Shown: positions 9,922 through 20,011 of the stretch, piece after piece
Layout of the letters: each line of letters begins with the position of its first letter
Numbering within the stretch: the stretch's first letter is position 1
Program-made: the position numbers and the translations under genes
Assembly (NCBI GenBank): GCA_963813335.1
Contig: CAWEYL010000001.1
Coordinates: forward strand, 1,088,001-1,152,000
Length of the DNA stretch: 64,000 bases
Direction of reading: 5' to 3'
DNA from: an uncultured Chloroflexia bacterium
Lineage (GTDB): Bacteria > Chloroflexota > Limnocylindria > Limnocylindrales > CSP1-4
Notes under the pieces: generated by a model
Seen by the model: only the letters and a program-made list of their open reading frames with translations
What the model was told of the DNA's origin: nothing
Database searches by the model: none

Positions 9922-11159
9922 ACACCGAGCCAGGTCGGGGTGCCGATGAGGACCGCGACGATGACGACGATCGCGATGACGCCGACGCCGATCCAGTCCA
10001 GGGCGCGCGGTGCGGTCACCCGCCGCGCCGCGGGCGGTACCGCCGAGGCGAGTGCCGCTGCGCCGACCGAGGTCGGGCGTGGGCCGGTCGCCGGTCGCAT
10101 CCACATGGTGGCCAGCGTCGGGACGCCGCTCGGCGGGATCAACCCGCCGAGCCACAGCCCGGCGAACAGGCCACCGAGGTGGGCCGCGTTGTCGATCCCG
10201 CCGACCGCGAACCCGAATCCGATGTTGATCACGATCAGGAAGAGCAGCTGGCTCATGATCGCGCGGCTCGCGTGGTCGACGGGATGGTGGACCCGCCCGG
10301 CCGCGAAGACGATCCCGAAGAGCCCGAAGATCGCGCCCGACGCCCCGACCGCGAACGGGGCCGCGCCGAAGACGAAGCTGGCCGCCGAGCCGGCCGCGGC
10401 GCAGGCCAGGTAGAAGACCAGGAACCGCAGCGAGCCGTACCAGCGCTCCACGATCGGTCCGACGAGGTAGAGCGCGTACATGTTGAAGAACAGGTGGAGC
10501 GGGTCGGCGTGGACGAGCGTCACGGTCCACAGCCGCCAGTACTCGCCGGCCGCCACCGCCGGCTTGTCGAGCATCAGCGCGTCGGTCAGCGACGAGCCTT
10601 CGGTGGTGAGCATCGCGACCAGCGAGACGATGACCGTCGCCACGATGACCACGATCGAGAGCGGGATGAGCGGCCCGTCGCCGCGGCCGCGCGCGAAATA
10701 GCGCTTCGCCGAGCCGCTGTCGCCGGTCTCCTTGGCCAGCCAGCCCAGCCGGGTCGCGATCTCGGCCTTGTCCTCCGCCGGCGCCCGCCGGTCCGCTTCG
10801 CGGTAGGCCCGCATGGCCGCGCTGAGGGCGCCGACGCGGACACTCGAGGCGGCCAGGTTCCGCCATGCCCGATAGGTCGACGGGGTCTCGCCGAGCTGGA
10901 CGACGGCCTCCCAGCTGGCGACCGCGCCGTCCTCGTCGTCCAGCCGGTAGCGTGCCTCGCCGAGGCCGAGCAGGGCCGCGGCGGTGACCGCCGGGTCGTC
11001 GAAGCCGACGACCCGGGCGTAATGGGCCGCGGCCCCCTGGAAGTCCCCGGCATGGAGGAGGTCGTCCGCGCGCGCGAGGAGACCGACGGCGGCCTCGCGC
11101 GTCAGCGGCCCGGGGCGGCTCGGATCGGACCCATCCGGGGCGGGTCGGTCGTCGTCCAT
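9789..11159 (-). CDS. Rhomboid intramembrane serine protease with N-terminal TPRs
   Basis: WRL, HLFFNM, GASGAIFG, AHLGG motifs; helical TPR-like N-terminus. Confidence 0.9.
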   Translation of the reverse strand: MDDDRPAPDGSDPSRPGPLTREAAVGLLARADDLLHAGDFQGAAAHYARVVGFDDPAVTAAALLGLGEARYRLDDEDGAVASWEAVVQLGETPSTYRAWRNLAASSVRVGALSAAMRAYREADRRAPAEDKAEIATRLGWLAKETGDSGSAKRYFARGRGDGPLIPLSIVVIVATVIVSLVAMLTTEGSSLTDALMLDKPAVAAGEYWRLWTVTLVHADPLHLFFNMYALYLVGPIVERWYGSLRFLVFYLACAAAGSAASFVFGAAPFAVGASGAIFGLFGIVFAAGRVHHPVDHASRAIMSQLLFLIVINIGFGFAVGGIDNAAHLGGLFAGLWLGGLIPPSGVPTLATMWMRPATGPRPTSVGAAALASAVPPAARRVTAPRALDWIGVGVIAIVVIVAVLIGTPTWLGVQIGGLAGSASLALPAPLLAGLVSGASAAWASSPLASTAATIAR

Positions 11160-11375
11160 CGCGGGGACGATACAGGAGCCCGCCGCCGGCCGGGGAGCGC
11201 CCTCCCGCCCCGGCTCGAACGGCGTCCCATACGCACCTTTCAGGCCACCTTACATTTGACGGCCTTCCTCTAGGACCATCGGCGCGACCGTCGGAACGAC
11301 CGACCCTCTCGCAACGGCGCCGACCCCACGGCACGATCGGGCGGTCGGAATCGCTCCGCTTCGGGGTCTGCAACG

Positions 11376-11531
11376 TTGACGAACCACCGGGTCATCCGCT
11401 CGCGCCAGCTCATCGTCGGGATCGTCCTGGCGATGGCCGTGGTCGCCTGCCAGGGTCCGGGCGCCACGGAGACGCCGCGCGGCGACGCCGGCCCAGGCAC
11501 CCCGACGGCCGCCACGGAGGCACGCGCATGA
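11376..11531 (+). CDS. Small putative lipoprotein (51 aa), not in the ORF track
   Basis: TTG start, MTNHRVIRSRQLIVGIVLAMAVVAC-QGPGATETP...; stop overlaps the TadE ATG (ATGA). Confidence 0.5.
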   Translation: MTNHRVIRSRQLIVGIVLAMAVVACQGPGATETPRGDAGPGTPTAATEARA

Positions 11532-12127
11532 CGCGCTCCCCTCGCGCACGGGTCCGCCGCCGCTCGTCCGGCCAGTCGCTGGTCGAGTTCGCGCTGGTCT
11601 TCCCGATCTTCTTCACGATCCTCCTCGGGATCGTCGAGTTCGCCTTCGCGTTCAACGCGATCCTGTCCGTGAACTTCGCATCCCGGAACGCCGCCCTCTA
11701 CGCCGCCGAGGCCAGCACCGGGTCCGGCGCGGACTGCGTGATCCTCAACAGCATCGAGCACGACATCACCGCCCCGGCCGACTCGCGCCACGTCAACTCG
11801 GTCGACATCTACCGGGCGAAGTCCAACGGCGACCCGTACACGCCGTCCGAGAAGACGACCTACACGCGGACGGGTTCGACGACCTGCACCAACCCGGACG
11901 GGTCGACCACCTCGGTCCCGTACACGCGGACGCTGAACGGCTATCCCGAGATCAACCGCTGCAACATCCTGGCCGGCTGCGGCGGAACCCACACCACCAT
12001 CGACCACATCGGGGTCCGCGTCTTCTACACCCACACCTACGTGACGCCGCTGCAGACGTTCGTGGGGCTCGGCTCGAGCCTGACGTTCGACCGCTCCAAC
12101 GTCATGCGCATGGAGCCGATCCTGTGA
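11528..12127 (+). CDS. TadE-like pseudopilin
   Basis: GQSLVEFALVFP..GIVEF...ASRNAA. Confidence 0.9.
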   Translation: MTRSPRARVRRRSSGQSLVEFALVFPIFFTILLGIVEFAFAFNAILSVNFASRNAALYAAEASTGSGADCVILNSIEHDITAPADSRHVNSVDIYRAKSNGDPYTPSEKTTYTRTGSTTCTNPDGSTTSVPYTRTLNGYPEINRCNILAGCGGTHTTIDHIGVRVFYTHTYVTPLQTFVGLGSSLTFDRSNVMRMEPIL

Positions 12128-12768
12128 CCCGCCCCGTCGGCGCCGCCCGGCGCACCCGTCGCTCCGGCGAGCGCGGCCAGAGCCTGGTCGAGTTCGCCAT
12201 GGTCGTCACCGTGATGCTGCTGCTGCTGCTCGGCATGCTCGAGTTCGGCTTCGTCTTCGACCATCACCTGACCATCGAGTACGCGTCGCGCGAAGGCGCG
12301 CGGACCGCGTCCGCCATGGCCAACGGCGGCGGCACGGTCGGCTGCGGATCCGGCCAGTCGCCCAATGCCGCGACCGTCGACCCGCAGATCATCGCCGCGG
12401 TCCAGCGCGTGCTGACCTCGCCCGGCTCGCCGATCGTCCCCAGCCGCGTCGGCACGATCAAGATCTATAAAGCCACCTCGACCGGCGACGTCAGCGGCAG
12501 CTCGGTCAACACCTGGGTCTACAGCGCCGGTGCCGGCCCCGTGGTCGACGGCAAGGCCCTCGACTTCGTGCAGTCCGGTGGCACCGGCTGGGCCGCGTGC
12601 CTGCGCAACAACGGCACGCCGGCGGACTCGGTCGGCGTAAGCCTCTCCTACAGCTACCACCTCGTCACGCCGCTGTCCGCGATCATGGGCTTCTTCGGCA
12701 GCGGCACCGGTCCCACCACCATCCCCATCACGGACAAGACCGTCATGGCCCTCAATCCGGGAACCTGA
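12124..12768 (+). CDS. TadE-like pseudopilin
   Basis: ERGQSLVEFAM..GMLEFG...ASREGAR. Confidence 0.9.
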   Translation: MTRPVGAARRTRRSGERGQSLVEFAMVVTVMLLLLLGMLEFGFVFDHHLTIEYASREGARTASAMANGGGTVGCGSGQSPNAATVDPQIIAAVQRVLTSPGSPIVPSRVGTIKIYKATSTGDVSGSSVNTWVYSAGAGPVVDGKALDFVQSGGTGWAACLRNNGTPADSVGVSLSYSYHLVTPLSAIMGFFGSGTGPTTIPITDKTVMALNPGT

Positions 12769-12770
12769 GA

Positions 12771-14996
12771 ATGCCTGCTGAACCTCGCTCCAACCGCATC
12801 CCGGCTCGCATCCGCGAGCGCGGCCAGGTCGTCGTCATCTTCGCGATGGCGGTCATCCTGTTCGTCGGCCTGTGCGCGATCGTCATCGACGTCTCGTGGT
12901 ACTGGGCCAACAGCCTGCGCATGCAGCGCGCGGCCGACGCCGCCGCCCTCGCGGGCGTCATCTACCTGCCCGGCAACGTCGGCAGCGCGGTCTCGACCGC
13001 CCGGGCCGAGGCGGTGAAGAACGGCTACACGGACGGCGTCGGCGGGGTCTCCGTCACGCCCTTCCAGGACGCGACCAACAACCGCCGCCTGCGGGTGACG
13101 GTCAGCGGGCCGGTCAACACGTTCTTCGCCCGGGTCCTCGGCATCAACTCGTTCTCGGCGTCGCGCAACTCGAAGGCGGAGTATGTCCTGCCCGTGCCGA
13201 TGGGCAGCCCGGAGAACTACTACGGCGTATTCGGCGAGCTGCGCCACCCCGGCGGCGGCATCACGACCGTCACGACGAATACCTTCACCAACGTCACGAC
13301 CAGCTGGTTCAGCCCGACGGCACTCAAAGGCACCAACGCCTGGACGAACCCGAGCAACGTCTTCACGAGCAACGACGCCCGCGCCACCTCGGCGACCGCC
13401 AACCAGCTCCAGCAGTGGGGCACCCTCGGCGTCACCTTCAACGGCACGGTCACCGCGATCCGCGGGATCGAGCTCAGCGCGGAGATGAGCCGCTCGGGAT
13501 CGGGCAACCAGTCGAACTGCCAGGTCCAGTTCGACCTGTCGTACAACAACGGCGGGAACTTCACGACGGGGACCGGCCTCAAGACATCGACGGCGATCCC
13601 GCTCCAGGCCTCGGAGGCCTATCAGTCGCTGGGCAACACGACCGACACATGGGGGCGGACCTGGGCCGCCGGCGACTTCAGCAACACGAACTTCCGCATC
13701 CGCGCCAAGACCATCAAACCGACCACAGCCGTCTGCGCGGCCGCCATCGTGCACCAGATCGACCATCTCCGGGTGCGGGTCACCTACGACTACACGACCA
13801 CGACATCCGTCTTCACGCCCGACACGAACGTCGCGAGCCCGTACGGCGGCGCGCTGACCCCGCGCGGCTTCTGGGGCGTCATGCTGACCGAGGGTGCGGA
13901 GAGCGTGAACGGCGACGCCTACTCGCCCTTCTACGACACGCGCACCTCGGCGAACAACCCGAACTTCAAGCCGAATGACTACTACGACTACGCCGTCGAG
14001 ATGCCGGCCGGCTCGAGCAGTGGCGAGGTCTGGATCTACGACCCGGGCTTCTGCGCCGTCGCCTCGGACATGGGCACCGGTGACCGCTACTTCGGCAACA
14101 CGAACACCAACGGCTCCAACGAGGTCAGCGCGTACTACGACCTGTACGACACGAAGAACACGCTGTATGACATCAGCGACGACGGTGCAGCCGTAGCGAG
14201 CTCAGGCTCCACCTTCGCCCACCTCGCCGCGACCGATGCATCGATGAACGGGCCCGCGCTGAGCGGCGGCAACCTCGCTGACTGCTCGGACACCGCGGTC
14301 GGGAGCGACACCACCAATCCGCAGTACTACCACAACCGCTGGTGGCGGCTGGCCAGCGGCCTCGCCGGCAACAAGACGTACCGCGTCCACGTGACGTCCA
14401 CGAACCTGGCCAACCTCAACGACCAGAAGAACATGAACGGCCAGAACAGCTTCGCGATCTGGACGAGCGCCACCGGTGTCATGCCGAAGGTCCACGGCCT
14501 GGGCGCCATGGAGGCGTACACGCCGCTCGAGCCGAGCACGAGCGCCGAGTTCTACCTGGCCCAGATCGAGGCTGCCCACGCCGGCAAGACCATGGAGATC
14601 AAGCTCTGGGACCCGGGCGACACGAACAGCCTGTCGGCCAACCTCCAGATCCGGATCCCGACGACCACCGGCTACACCAACGCCTCGCTGAACTACACCG
14701 CGGTCAAGGGCACGACCAACTCGGGCGCCAACAACTGCAACTCCACGAGCGGCACCGGTGCCTCGAACATCCCGACCAACTCGGGCGGCAGCGGCGGCCA
14801 GCTGTTCAATGGCTGCTGGGTGACCATCCTGATCCCGATCCCGACCACCTACACGGCGCCGACCCCGCCCGGCGAGGCCGAGCCCGGCTGGTGGAAGATC
14901 CGCTACAACATGGGCAGCGGTAGTGCCAGCGCCTTCGACCTGACCACCTGGCAGGTCCAGATCCGCGGCAACCCGGTGCACCTGATCCTCCCCTGA
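12771..14996 (+). CDS. TadG-like pilus-associated protein / putative tip adhesin
   Basis: ERGQVVVIFA, MQRAADAAALAG, TFFARVLG; long T/N/G-rich extracellular region. Confidence 0.85.
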   Translation: MPAEPRSNRIPARIRERGQVVVIFAMAVILFVGLCAIVIDVSWYWANSLRMQRAADAAALAGVIYLPGNVGSAVSTARAEAVKNGYTDGVGGVSVTPFQDATNNRRLRVTVSGPVNTFFARVLGINSFSASRNSKAEYVLPVPMGSPENYYGVFGELRHPGGGITTVTTNTFTNVTTSWFSPTALKGTNAWTNPSNVFTSNDARATSATANQLQQWGTLGVTFNGTVTAIRGIELSAEMSRSGSGNQSNCQVQFDLSYNNGGNFTTGTGLKTSTAIPLQASEAYQSLGNTTDTWGRTWAAGDFSNTNFRIRAKTIKPTTAVCAAAIVHQIDHLRVRVTYDYTTTTSVFTPDTNVASPYGGALTPRGFWGVMLTEGAESVNGDAYSPFYDTRTSANNPNFKPNDYYDYAVEMPAGSSSGEVWIYDPGFCAVASDMGTGDRYFGNTNTNGSNEVSAYYDLYDTKNTLYDISDDGAAVASSGSTFAHLAATDASMNGPALSGGNLADCSDTAVGSDTTNPQYYHNRWWRLASGLAGNKTYRVHVTSTNLANLNDQKNMNGQNSFAIWTSATGVMPKVHGLGAMEAYTPLEPSTSAEFYLAQIEAAHAGKTMEIKLWDPGDTNSLSANLQIRIPTTTGYTNASLNYTAVKGTTNSGANNCNSTSGTGASNIPTNSGGSGGQLFNGCWVTILIPIPTTYTAPTPPGEAEPGWWKIRYNMGSGSASAFDLTTWQVQIRGNPVHLILP

Positions 14997-15024
14997 CCCA
15001 GGGGCGACCCCACCGCGACAAGCA

Positions 15025-15057
15025 GCGAACCCCCCCGCCGATCGGCGGGGGGTTCGC
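15025..15057 (+). terminator. GC-rich hairpin terminator after the tad cluster
   Basis: GCGAACCCCCCCGCCG-AT-CGGCGGGGGGTTCGC. Confidence 0.7.
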
Positions 15058-15083
15058 CGTTGCCCGCCGACTAGACTTGGCCC

Positions 15084-15812
15084 GTGTGCGGGCGATTCAC
15101 CCAGGAGCGGCCGGCGTCGGAGCTCGCGGAGATCTTCGGGGCGGAACCGCTCGCCGACGATCCCGGCGGGCGCTACAACGTGGCCCCCACCGACGAGGCG
15201 ATGGTCGTCGTCCAGCGCGAGGACCGCCGCGCCGTCACCGGCTACCGCTGGGGCCTGATCCCCCATTGGGCGGCGAACGCCAAGGTCGGCTCGAAGATGT
15301 TCAACGCCCGGGCCGAGACCCTGACGACCAGCCCGGCGTTCCGCGAGGCGTTCAAGCGCCGGCGCTGCCTCGTGCCGGTCAATTCGTTCTACGAATGGAA
15401 GCGCGAGGGGACGGCACGCCAGCCGTACCGCGTGCTCCGCACGGACCGCCGCCCGCTTGCGCTCGCCGGGCTGTGGGCCGGCTGGAAGGACCCGGCGACC
15501 GAGACGGTCCGCCGGACCTTCACGATCGTGACCACCACGCCCAACGAGGCGCTGCGCGGCCTGCATGACCGGATGCCGGTCGTGGTCGAGGAGGATGCCT
15601 GGGACCGCTGGCTCGGCGCGGAACCGGCCGAGCCGGGCGAACTGCTCGGCCTGCTCCTCCCCGACGAGCGGGTCGACCTCGAGATCTACGCGGTCGTGCG
15701 GGACGTCAACGACGTCCGGCGGGACGGGCCCGGGCTCATCGAGCCGTGGTCGGCGCCTGTCGACGCGCCGCCGGCACCCGGCCTGTTCGACGGGTCAGCC
15801 GCCGACCGCTGA
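15084..15812 (+). CDS. SOS response-associated peptidase (SRAP/YedK family)
   Basis: MCGRF, YNVAPT, RWGLIP, NARAET, FYEW, HDRMP. Confidence 0.95.
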   Translation: MCGRFTQERPASELAEIFGAEPLADDPGGRYNVAPTDEAMVVVQREDRRAVTGYRWGLIPHWAANAKVGSKMFNARAETLTTSPAFREAFKRRRCLVPVNSFYEWKREGTARQPYRVLRTDRRPLALAGLWAGWKDPATETVRRTFTIVTTTPNEALRGLHDRMPVVVEEDAWDRWLGAEPAEPGELLGLLLPDERVDLEIYAVVRDVNDVRRDGPGLIEPWSAPVDAPPAPGLFDGSAADR

Positions 15813-16361
15813 CCATCCGCCGGCGGCGTCGATCGTCGTCGAGAAGGCCGTGGCGGCATCGAGGCCGCGATCCAGCGCCGCGGCATACGCCCCCACCAGC
15901 GAGCCGAATGCGCCGTCGGGGTCGTCGGCGGGCGAGCCGAGGACGGTCGCGTCCGCCGGCAGTCCATCCGGGACGGGGGCGCCGTGCGGCAGCAGGACGA
16001 CCAGTGCCGCACGGTTCCATGCCGCCGCGGCCACCGCCACGTCCGTGAGCCCCGGGTCAGGCGATGCCAGCACCAGGACGCCCACGTCGGCCAGGTAGCG
16101 AAGGGCCAGGTCCAGGTCCGCCGCCTCGAGCATCGGGCCGCCCGCCGTCGGCGGCTGGCGAAGGGTGGCGACATGCGACACGCCGGCCTTGGCGAGGTGC
16201 AGCAGCATGGCGTCGCCATCGGGGTCGTCGACGACCCGCGCGACCAGCTGGACGGTCGACCCGGCAGCGGCCGCGGCGAGCGCGGCAGCAGCGGCCGGTC
16301 CGCCCGCACGGGTACCCGCGGCCGATCGCTGCGGGACGGGCTGGCCGACGACGACGATCAC
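15795..16361 (-). CDS. Hypothetical protein, truncated PfkB/ribokinase-like
   Basis: AGGPAA..ALA, VQLVARVVDDPDGD..L..AGV resemble the PfkB N-terminus. Confidence 0.5.
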   Translation of the reverse strand: MIVVVGQPVPQRSAAGTRAGGPAAAAALAAAAAGSTVQLVARVVDDPDGDAMLLHLAKAGVSHVATLRQPPTAGGPMLEAADLDLALRYLADVGVLVLASPDPGLTDVAVAAAAWNRAALVVLLPHGAPVPDGLPADATVLGSPADDPDGAFGSLVGAYAAALDRGLDAATAFSTTIDAAGGWSAVGG

Positions 16362-16385
16362 CGTGTCAGCCTAGCGCGCGGCGGC

Positions 16386-17129
16386 TTACCCGGGACCGCT
16401 TCCACCGCCGCTGCCGCCGCTGCCGCCGCCACCGCCACCGCCACCGCTGTCGTCGCCCGTCTCCTGCGGCTCTGGCGTCTCGGTCGGCTCGTCCGTCTCG
16501 TTCGGCTCGGGTGTCTCGGTCGCCCTCGGGGTCCTCCCCGGCCGAGGCGTCCGTTGATCCTCGGCCGTCTCGGTCGGTTCGGCCGTCTCGGTCGGCTCGG
16601 CGGTCTCGGTCGGGCGGGCGGTCGAGTCGTCGGTCTGGGTGGGTGCCGCGTCCTGGCTCCGCCTCGGTGTCGGCACGGGCGTCGGTGGCGCGGTGACGAC
16701 CGGGGTGGGCGTCGGGCTGGGGTTGGAGCTCAGGAACGCCGCCGCCCCGACCCCGACGAGTGTGGTCATCGATCCGAGGGCCACGACCGCCACGAGCACG
16801 AAGGCGAGCGCCTGGGCGCGGACCGCGAACGGCCGCCCGGGCGCCGCGGCGACCCGCCACGCGTCGCGGAACGAGAGCAGGAAACCCGCGAGGAGCCCGC
16901 CGCGAAGGCTGCGACCCGACGTGATGACGAGACGCGCCGGCGCCTCGACCGCGATGGCCGCCATCACCCGGTCCTCGAACCCCGGCGTCGGGACGACGGC
17001 GTCGAGCGCGGTCAGGGCCTCGAGATCGCGCGCCGCGGCAGTCGCCAGCGCCATCTCGGCCTCGGACGGGCCGGGGCCGGCGTCGGGCTGCACCTCGGAC
17101 GGCTGGAAGCGCCGATCCGGGCCGTTCAT
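16386..17129 (-). CDS. Putative membrane anti-sigma factor with P/T/E-repeat extracellular tail
   Basis: Coupled to ECF sigma (ATGA); PTPGFEDRVMAAI motif, one TM helix, TAEPTE repeats, Gly tail. Confidence 0.7.
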   Translation of the reverse strand: MNGPDRRFQPSEVQPDAGPGPSEAEMALATAAARDLEALTALDAVVPTPGFEDRVMAAIAVEAPARLVITSGRSLRGGLLAGFLLSFRDAWRVAAAPGRPFAVRAQALAFVLVAVVALGSMTTLVGVGAAAFLSSNPSPTPTPVVTAPPTPVPTPRRSQDAAPTQTDDSTARPTETAEPTETAEPTETAEDQRTPRPGRTPRATETPEPNETDEPTETPEPQETGDDSGGGGGGGGSGGSGGGSGPG

Positions 17130-17863
17130 CGGGCGCCCCCCTCGGCCATCGATTCGCGCAGGCGGAGCAGGCCGCGGTGGAGATGGGTCTTGACCGTCCC
17201 GAGCGGGCGCCCGGTCTGCGTCGCGATCTCCTCGAGGCTGAGCTCGCCGAAGAAGCGCAGGGTCACCACCTCACGGTACGGCTCCGCGAGCGAGGCGAGC
17301 GCGGTGCGCACGTCGGTCGCGCCCTCCGCGCGGATCACGAGGGACGATGGATCGGTGCGCGCAGCCGCGTCGATCGAGGCGCGGTCCACGGCGCGGTCGA
17401 CCGGGTCGCTGGCCTCGGCGCCGGGGGTGCCGGCATCGCGCCAGCGGACGGTCTTGCGCTTCCCCGCCTCGCGCAGCGCGATGCGGACCGCGATGCGCGT
17501 CAGCCACGCACCGAGCGGCCCGTCGCCGCGCCAGGTCGAGAGCGATCGGTAGGCGGTCACGAAGGCTTCCTGCGCGGCATCCTCGGCCGCATGGAGGTCG
17601 CCGAGGACCCGGTGGCACGCTCGCACGACCCCGACCGACTCTCGGTCGACCAGCCGGCGGAAGGCGTCGCGATCCCCGGCCAGGACGGCATCGACGATGG
17701 CATGGTCACCGGCGAAGTCGTCCGATCGATCGGGGAATGCGGCGTCGCTGATCGTCGGCCTCCGGGCTGAGCGGCCCGGCCTTGCGTCGGACGCGAAGGC
17801 CGCTGCCGTCCCCATGATGCCGCGGACCGCGGGAGTCCACCGAGGGTCATGGGGATCGTCCAC
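17126..17863 (-). CDS. ECF RNA polymerase sigma factor (start may be 17815)
   Basis: GDRDAFRRLV, AEDAAQEAF, WLTRIA, LEEIA..GTVKTHLHRG. Confidence 0.92.
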   Translation of the reverse strand: MDDPHDPRWTPAVRGIMGTAAAFASDARPGRSARRPTISDAAFPDRSDDFAGDHAIVDAVLAGDRDAFRRLVDRESVGVVRACHRVLGDLHAAEDAAQEAFVTAYRSLSTWRGDGPLGAWLTRIAVRIALREAGKRKTVRWRDAGTPGAEASDPVDRAVDRASIDAAARTDPSSLVIRAEGATDVRTALASLAEPYREVVTLRFFGELSLEEIATQTGRPLGTVKTHLHRGLLRLRESMAEGGAR

Positions 17864-17890
17864 GCAGGTGGAGCGGATCTGGACCGGACG

Positions 17891-18355
17891 TCAGTCGTCG
17901 CCGCCGCCATGGCTGTCGTCGCCGCCGTGGTCGTCGTTGGCGTCGTGGTTGGCGCCGTCGTCATGGCCGCTCTGGCTGTCGTCACCGTGGTCGTCGTTGG
18001 CGTCTTCGGCGGAATCGTTGCCGCTGGTCGCGCCATGGTCGTCCGCGGTCTCCTTCGGCTCGGCGGTGCCCTTCGGCTCGGCCGTTTCCTTCGGCTCGGC
18101 GGTCTCGGTCGGCTCGGCGGTCTCGGTCGGCTCGGCGGTCTCCGCGGCCTCGGTCAGGTCCGCCGGCTCGGTCGTCAACGTGGCGTCGGTCAGGTCCGCC
18201 GGCTCGGCGGTCTGCGTCGGCGCGGCGGCAGGCACCACGGCCGGCTCGCTGGCCGGCCCGCTCAGGCTGTTGGCCGCGAAGGCGCCGCCGACGATGAGGA
18301 AGGTGGACACGAGGGCGACACCGACCCCGCGGAACAAACGGGTCTGGGACGTCAT
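17891..18355 (-). CDS. Secreted low-complexity protein with TAEPTE repeats and Asp/His-rich tail
   Basis: Signal peptide ending AFA, (TAEP[T/K]E)n, DDHG repeats; GGGAG RBS. Confidence 0.75.
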   Translation of the reverse strand: MTSQTRLFRGVGVALVSTFLIVGGAFAANSLSGPASEPAVVPAAAPTQTAEPADLTDATLTTEPADLTEAAETAEPTETAEPTETAEPKETAEPKGTAEPKETADDHGATSGNDSAEDANDDHGDDSQSGHDDGANHDANDDHGGDDSHGGGDD

Positions 18356-18407
18356 GCGATGGATCTCCCGGATGGGCGCCGGCCGCTCGACCGGCATCTA
18401 CCTCCCT

Positions 18408-18434
18408 GAGACCAGCACGGTCCGGAAGGTTTCA
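18408..18434 (-). promoter_or_regulatory. ECF-type promoter upstream of the secreted protein/ECF operon
   Basis: Minus strand TGAAAC-N16-GTCTC. Confidence 0.55.
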
Positions 18435-20011
18435 GGCGACCCCTGGATCGCCGTCGTCCGCGCCCGCGGGATCATCGGCGGGACCGGGCAGCGACGGCTC
18501 CTCGGCGCCGGCCGTGGGACCGGTGTCGGACCCGGCATCGACCGCGGCTGCCGCGCCAAGGTCGTCCGTCGGCGCGTCCGACGCCGGCCGCGGCCGCCGC
18601 GGGCAGTGGCCCGACCGCCCCGACGACGTCGTCGGGCTCGATCACGAGCCGACCGAGGTCGGCTGCCTCGAGCGCCGGTCCGAACGCGTCGACATCGCCC
18701 ACGAGCACGATCGAGGCACGCGCCACGTCGATATGGGCGGCGGCGCGCAGCACGGCGGCCGTGTCGACCGCCTCGATGCGGCCGCGATAGCCGACCAGCT
18801 CGTCGACCGGCAGGCCGTGCACGACCAGCCCGGCCAGCGAGCCCACGACCGCGGACGCGGTCTCGAAGCGCAGCGGGAAGACGCCGATGAGGAAGTCGCG
18901 GGCCGCGTTCAGCTCGGACGGCTCGACGCTCGTCTCGCGCATCCGGGTCAGCTCCGCGAGCGTGTCGAGGATGGCCGGGACGGTGACCTCGGTATTGACC
19001 GCGGCCCGCGCCGCGAACGGCCCCGCGCCGCGCCGCAGCTCGAACCCGGCGCCCGCGCCGTAGGTGTAGCCCTTCTCCTCGCGCAGCTTCATGTTGAGGC
19101 GCGAGTTGAACAGCCCGCCGAGGATGGCGCCCATGACCGAGACGGCGTGGAAGTCGTCGATCCGGCGGGGCAGGCCGCGATGGCCGATGCGGATCTCGGT
19201 CTGCACCGAGCCCGGCCGATGGACGACGCGGACCAGGCGGCCGGCCGTCGAGCCGGTATCGTCGATCGCGCCCGACGAGGCGGCCGAGCCCGCGGGCCAG
19301 CCGTCGCCGAACAGCCGCGTCGCGACGGCCGGGATGTCGAGACCGGTCAGGTCGCCGCCGACGACGAGGGTCGCGCGGGCCGGGTCGAGGCCGCGCGACC
19401 ACGCCGCGCGGAGGATCGTCGGGTGTCAGGCCTTCGACCGTGTCCTGCGTGCCGCCCGATGGGCGGTGGTACGGCGAGCTGGGCGCGTAGATGGTGTTGA
19501 CGAAGGCCTCCTCGGCGCGCCGCCGCGGGTCGGCCTTCGCCTGCAGGATGTCGTTCAGCCGCTCGTCGCGCAGGCGCCCGACCTCGTCGGCCGGGAACGT
19601 CGGCCGGAGCAGCATCTCGGCGAGCAGCTCCAGTGCCTGCGGCAGCCGGTCGGCGGGGACGTCGAGGCTTGCCGAGAAGGCGTCCCAGCCCGCGTCGGCG
19701 TGGAGCGAGGCCCCGAGCCGCTCGGACGCCTCGATCAGCTCGATCGCGTCGTAGCGCTCGGTGCCCTCCGAGAGGGCCCGCGCCGCGAGGACCGTCGCGC
19801 CCGCCTGCGCCGCCGGCTCGTCCACGGCGCCGTTGCGGAGCACGAGGGTCGCCGACACGAGCGGGCGGCCCGGCAGGTCCGCGACGAGCACCCGGAGGCC
19901 GTTCCCGAGGCGATGCTCGGCGACGGTCGGGAATTCGTACGGCCGGGGCGTCCCGGGCTTCGGCCGCTCGGCGACCACCGGGCCGTCGCGGCGCACCTCG
20001 GTCGCGCTCAT
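18432..20011 (-). CDS. M16 peptidase-family non-catalytic subunit; frameshifts near 19420 and 18585
   Basis: LGNGLRV, ILGGLFNSRLNMKLREEKGYTYG; no HXXEH; acidic tail continues in a third frame to the stop at 18432. Confidence 0.85.

Noticed and set aside
11160-11375. Possible c-di-GMP or c-di-AMP riboswitch upstream of the tad cluster
   Set aside because: I could not recognise consensus motifs for either class.
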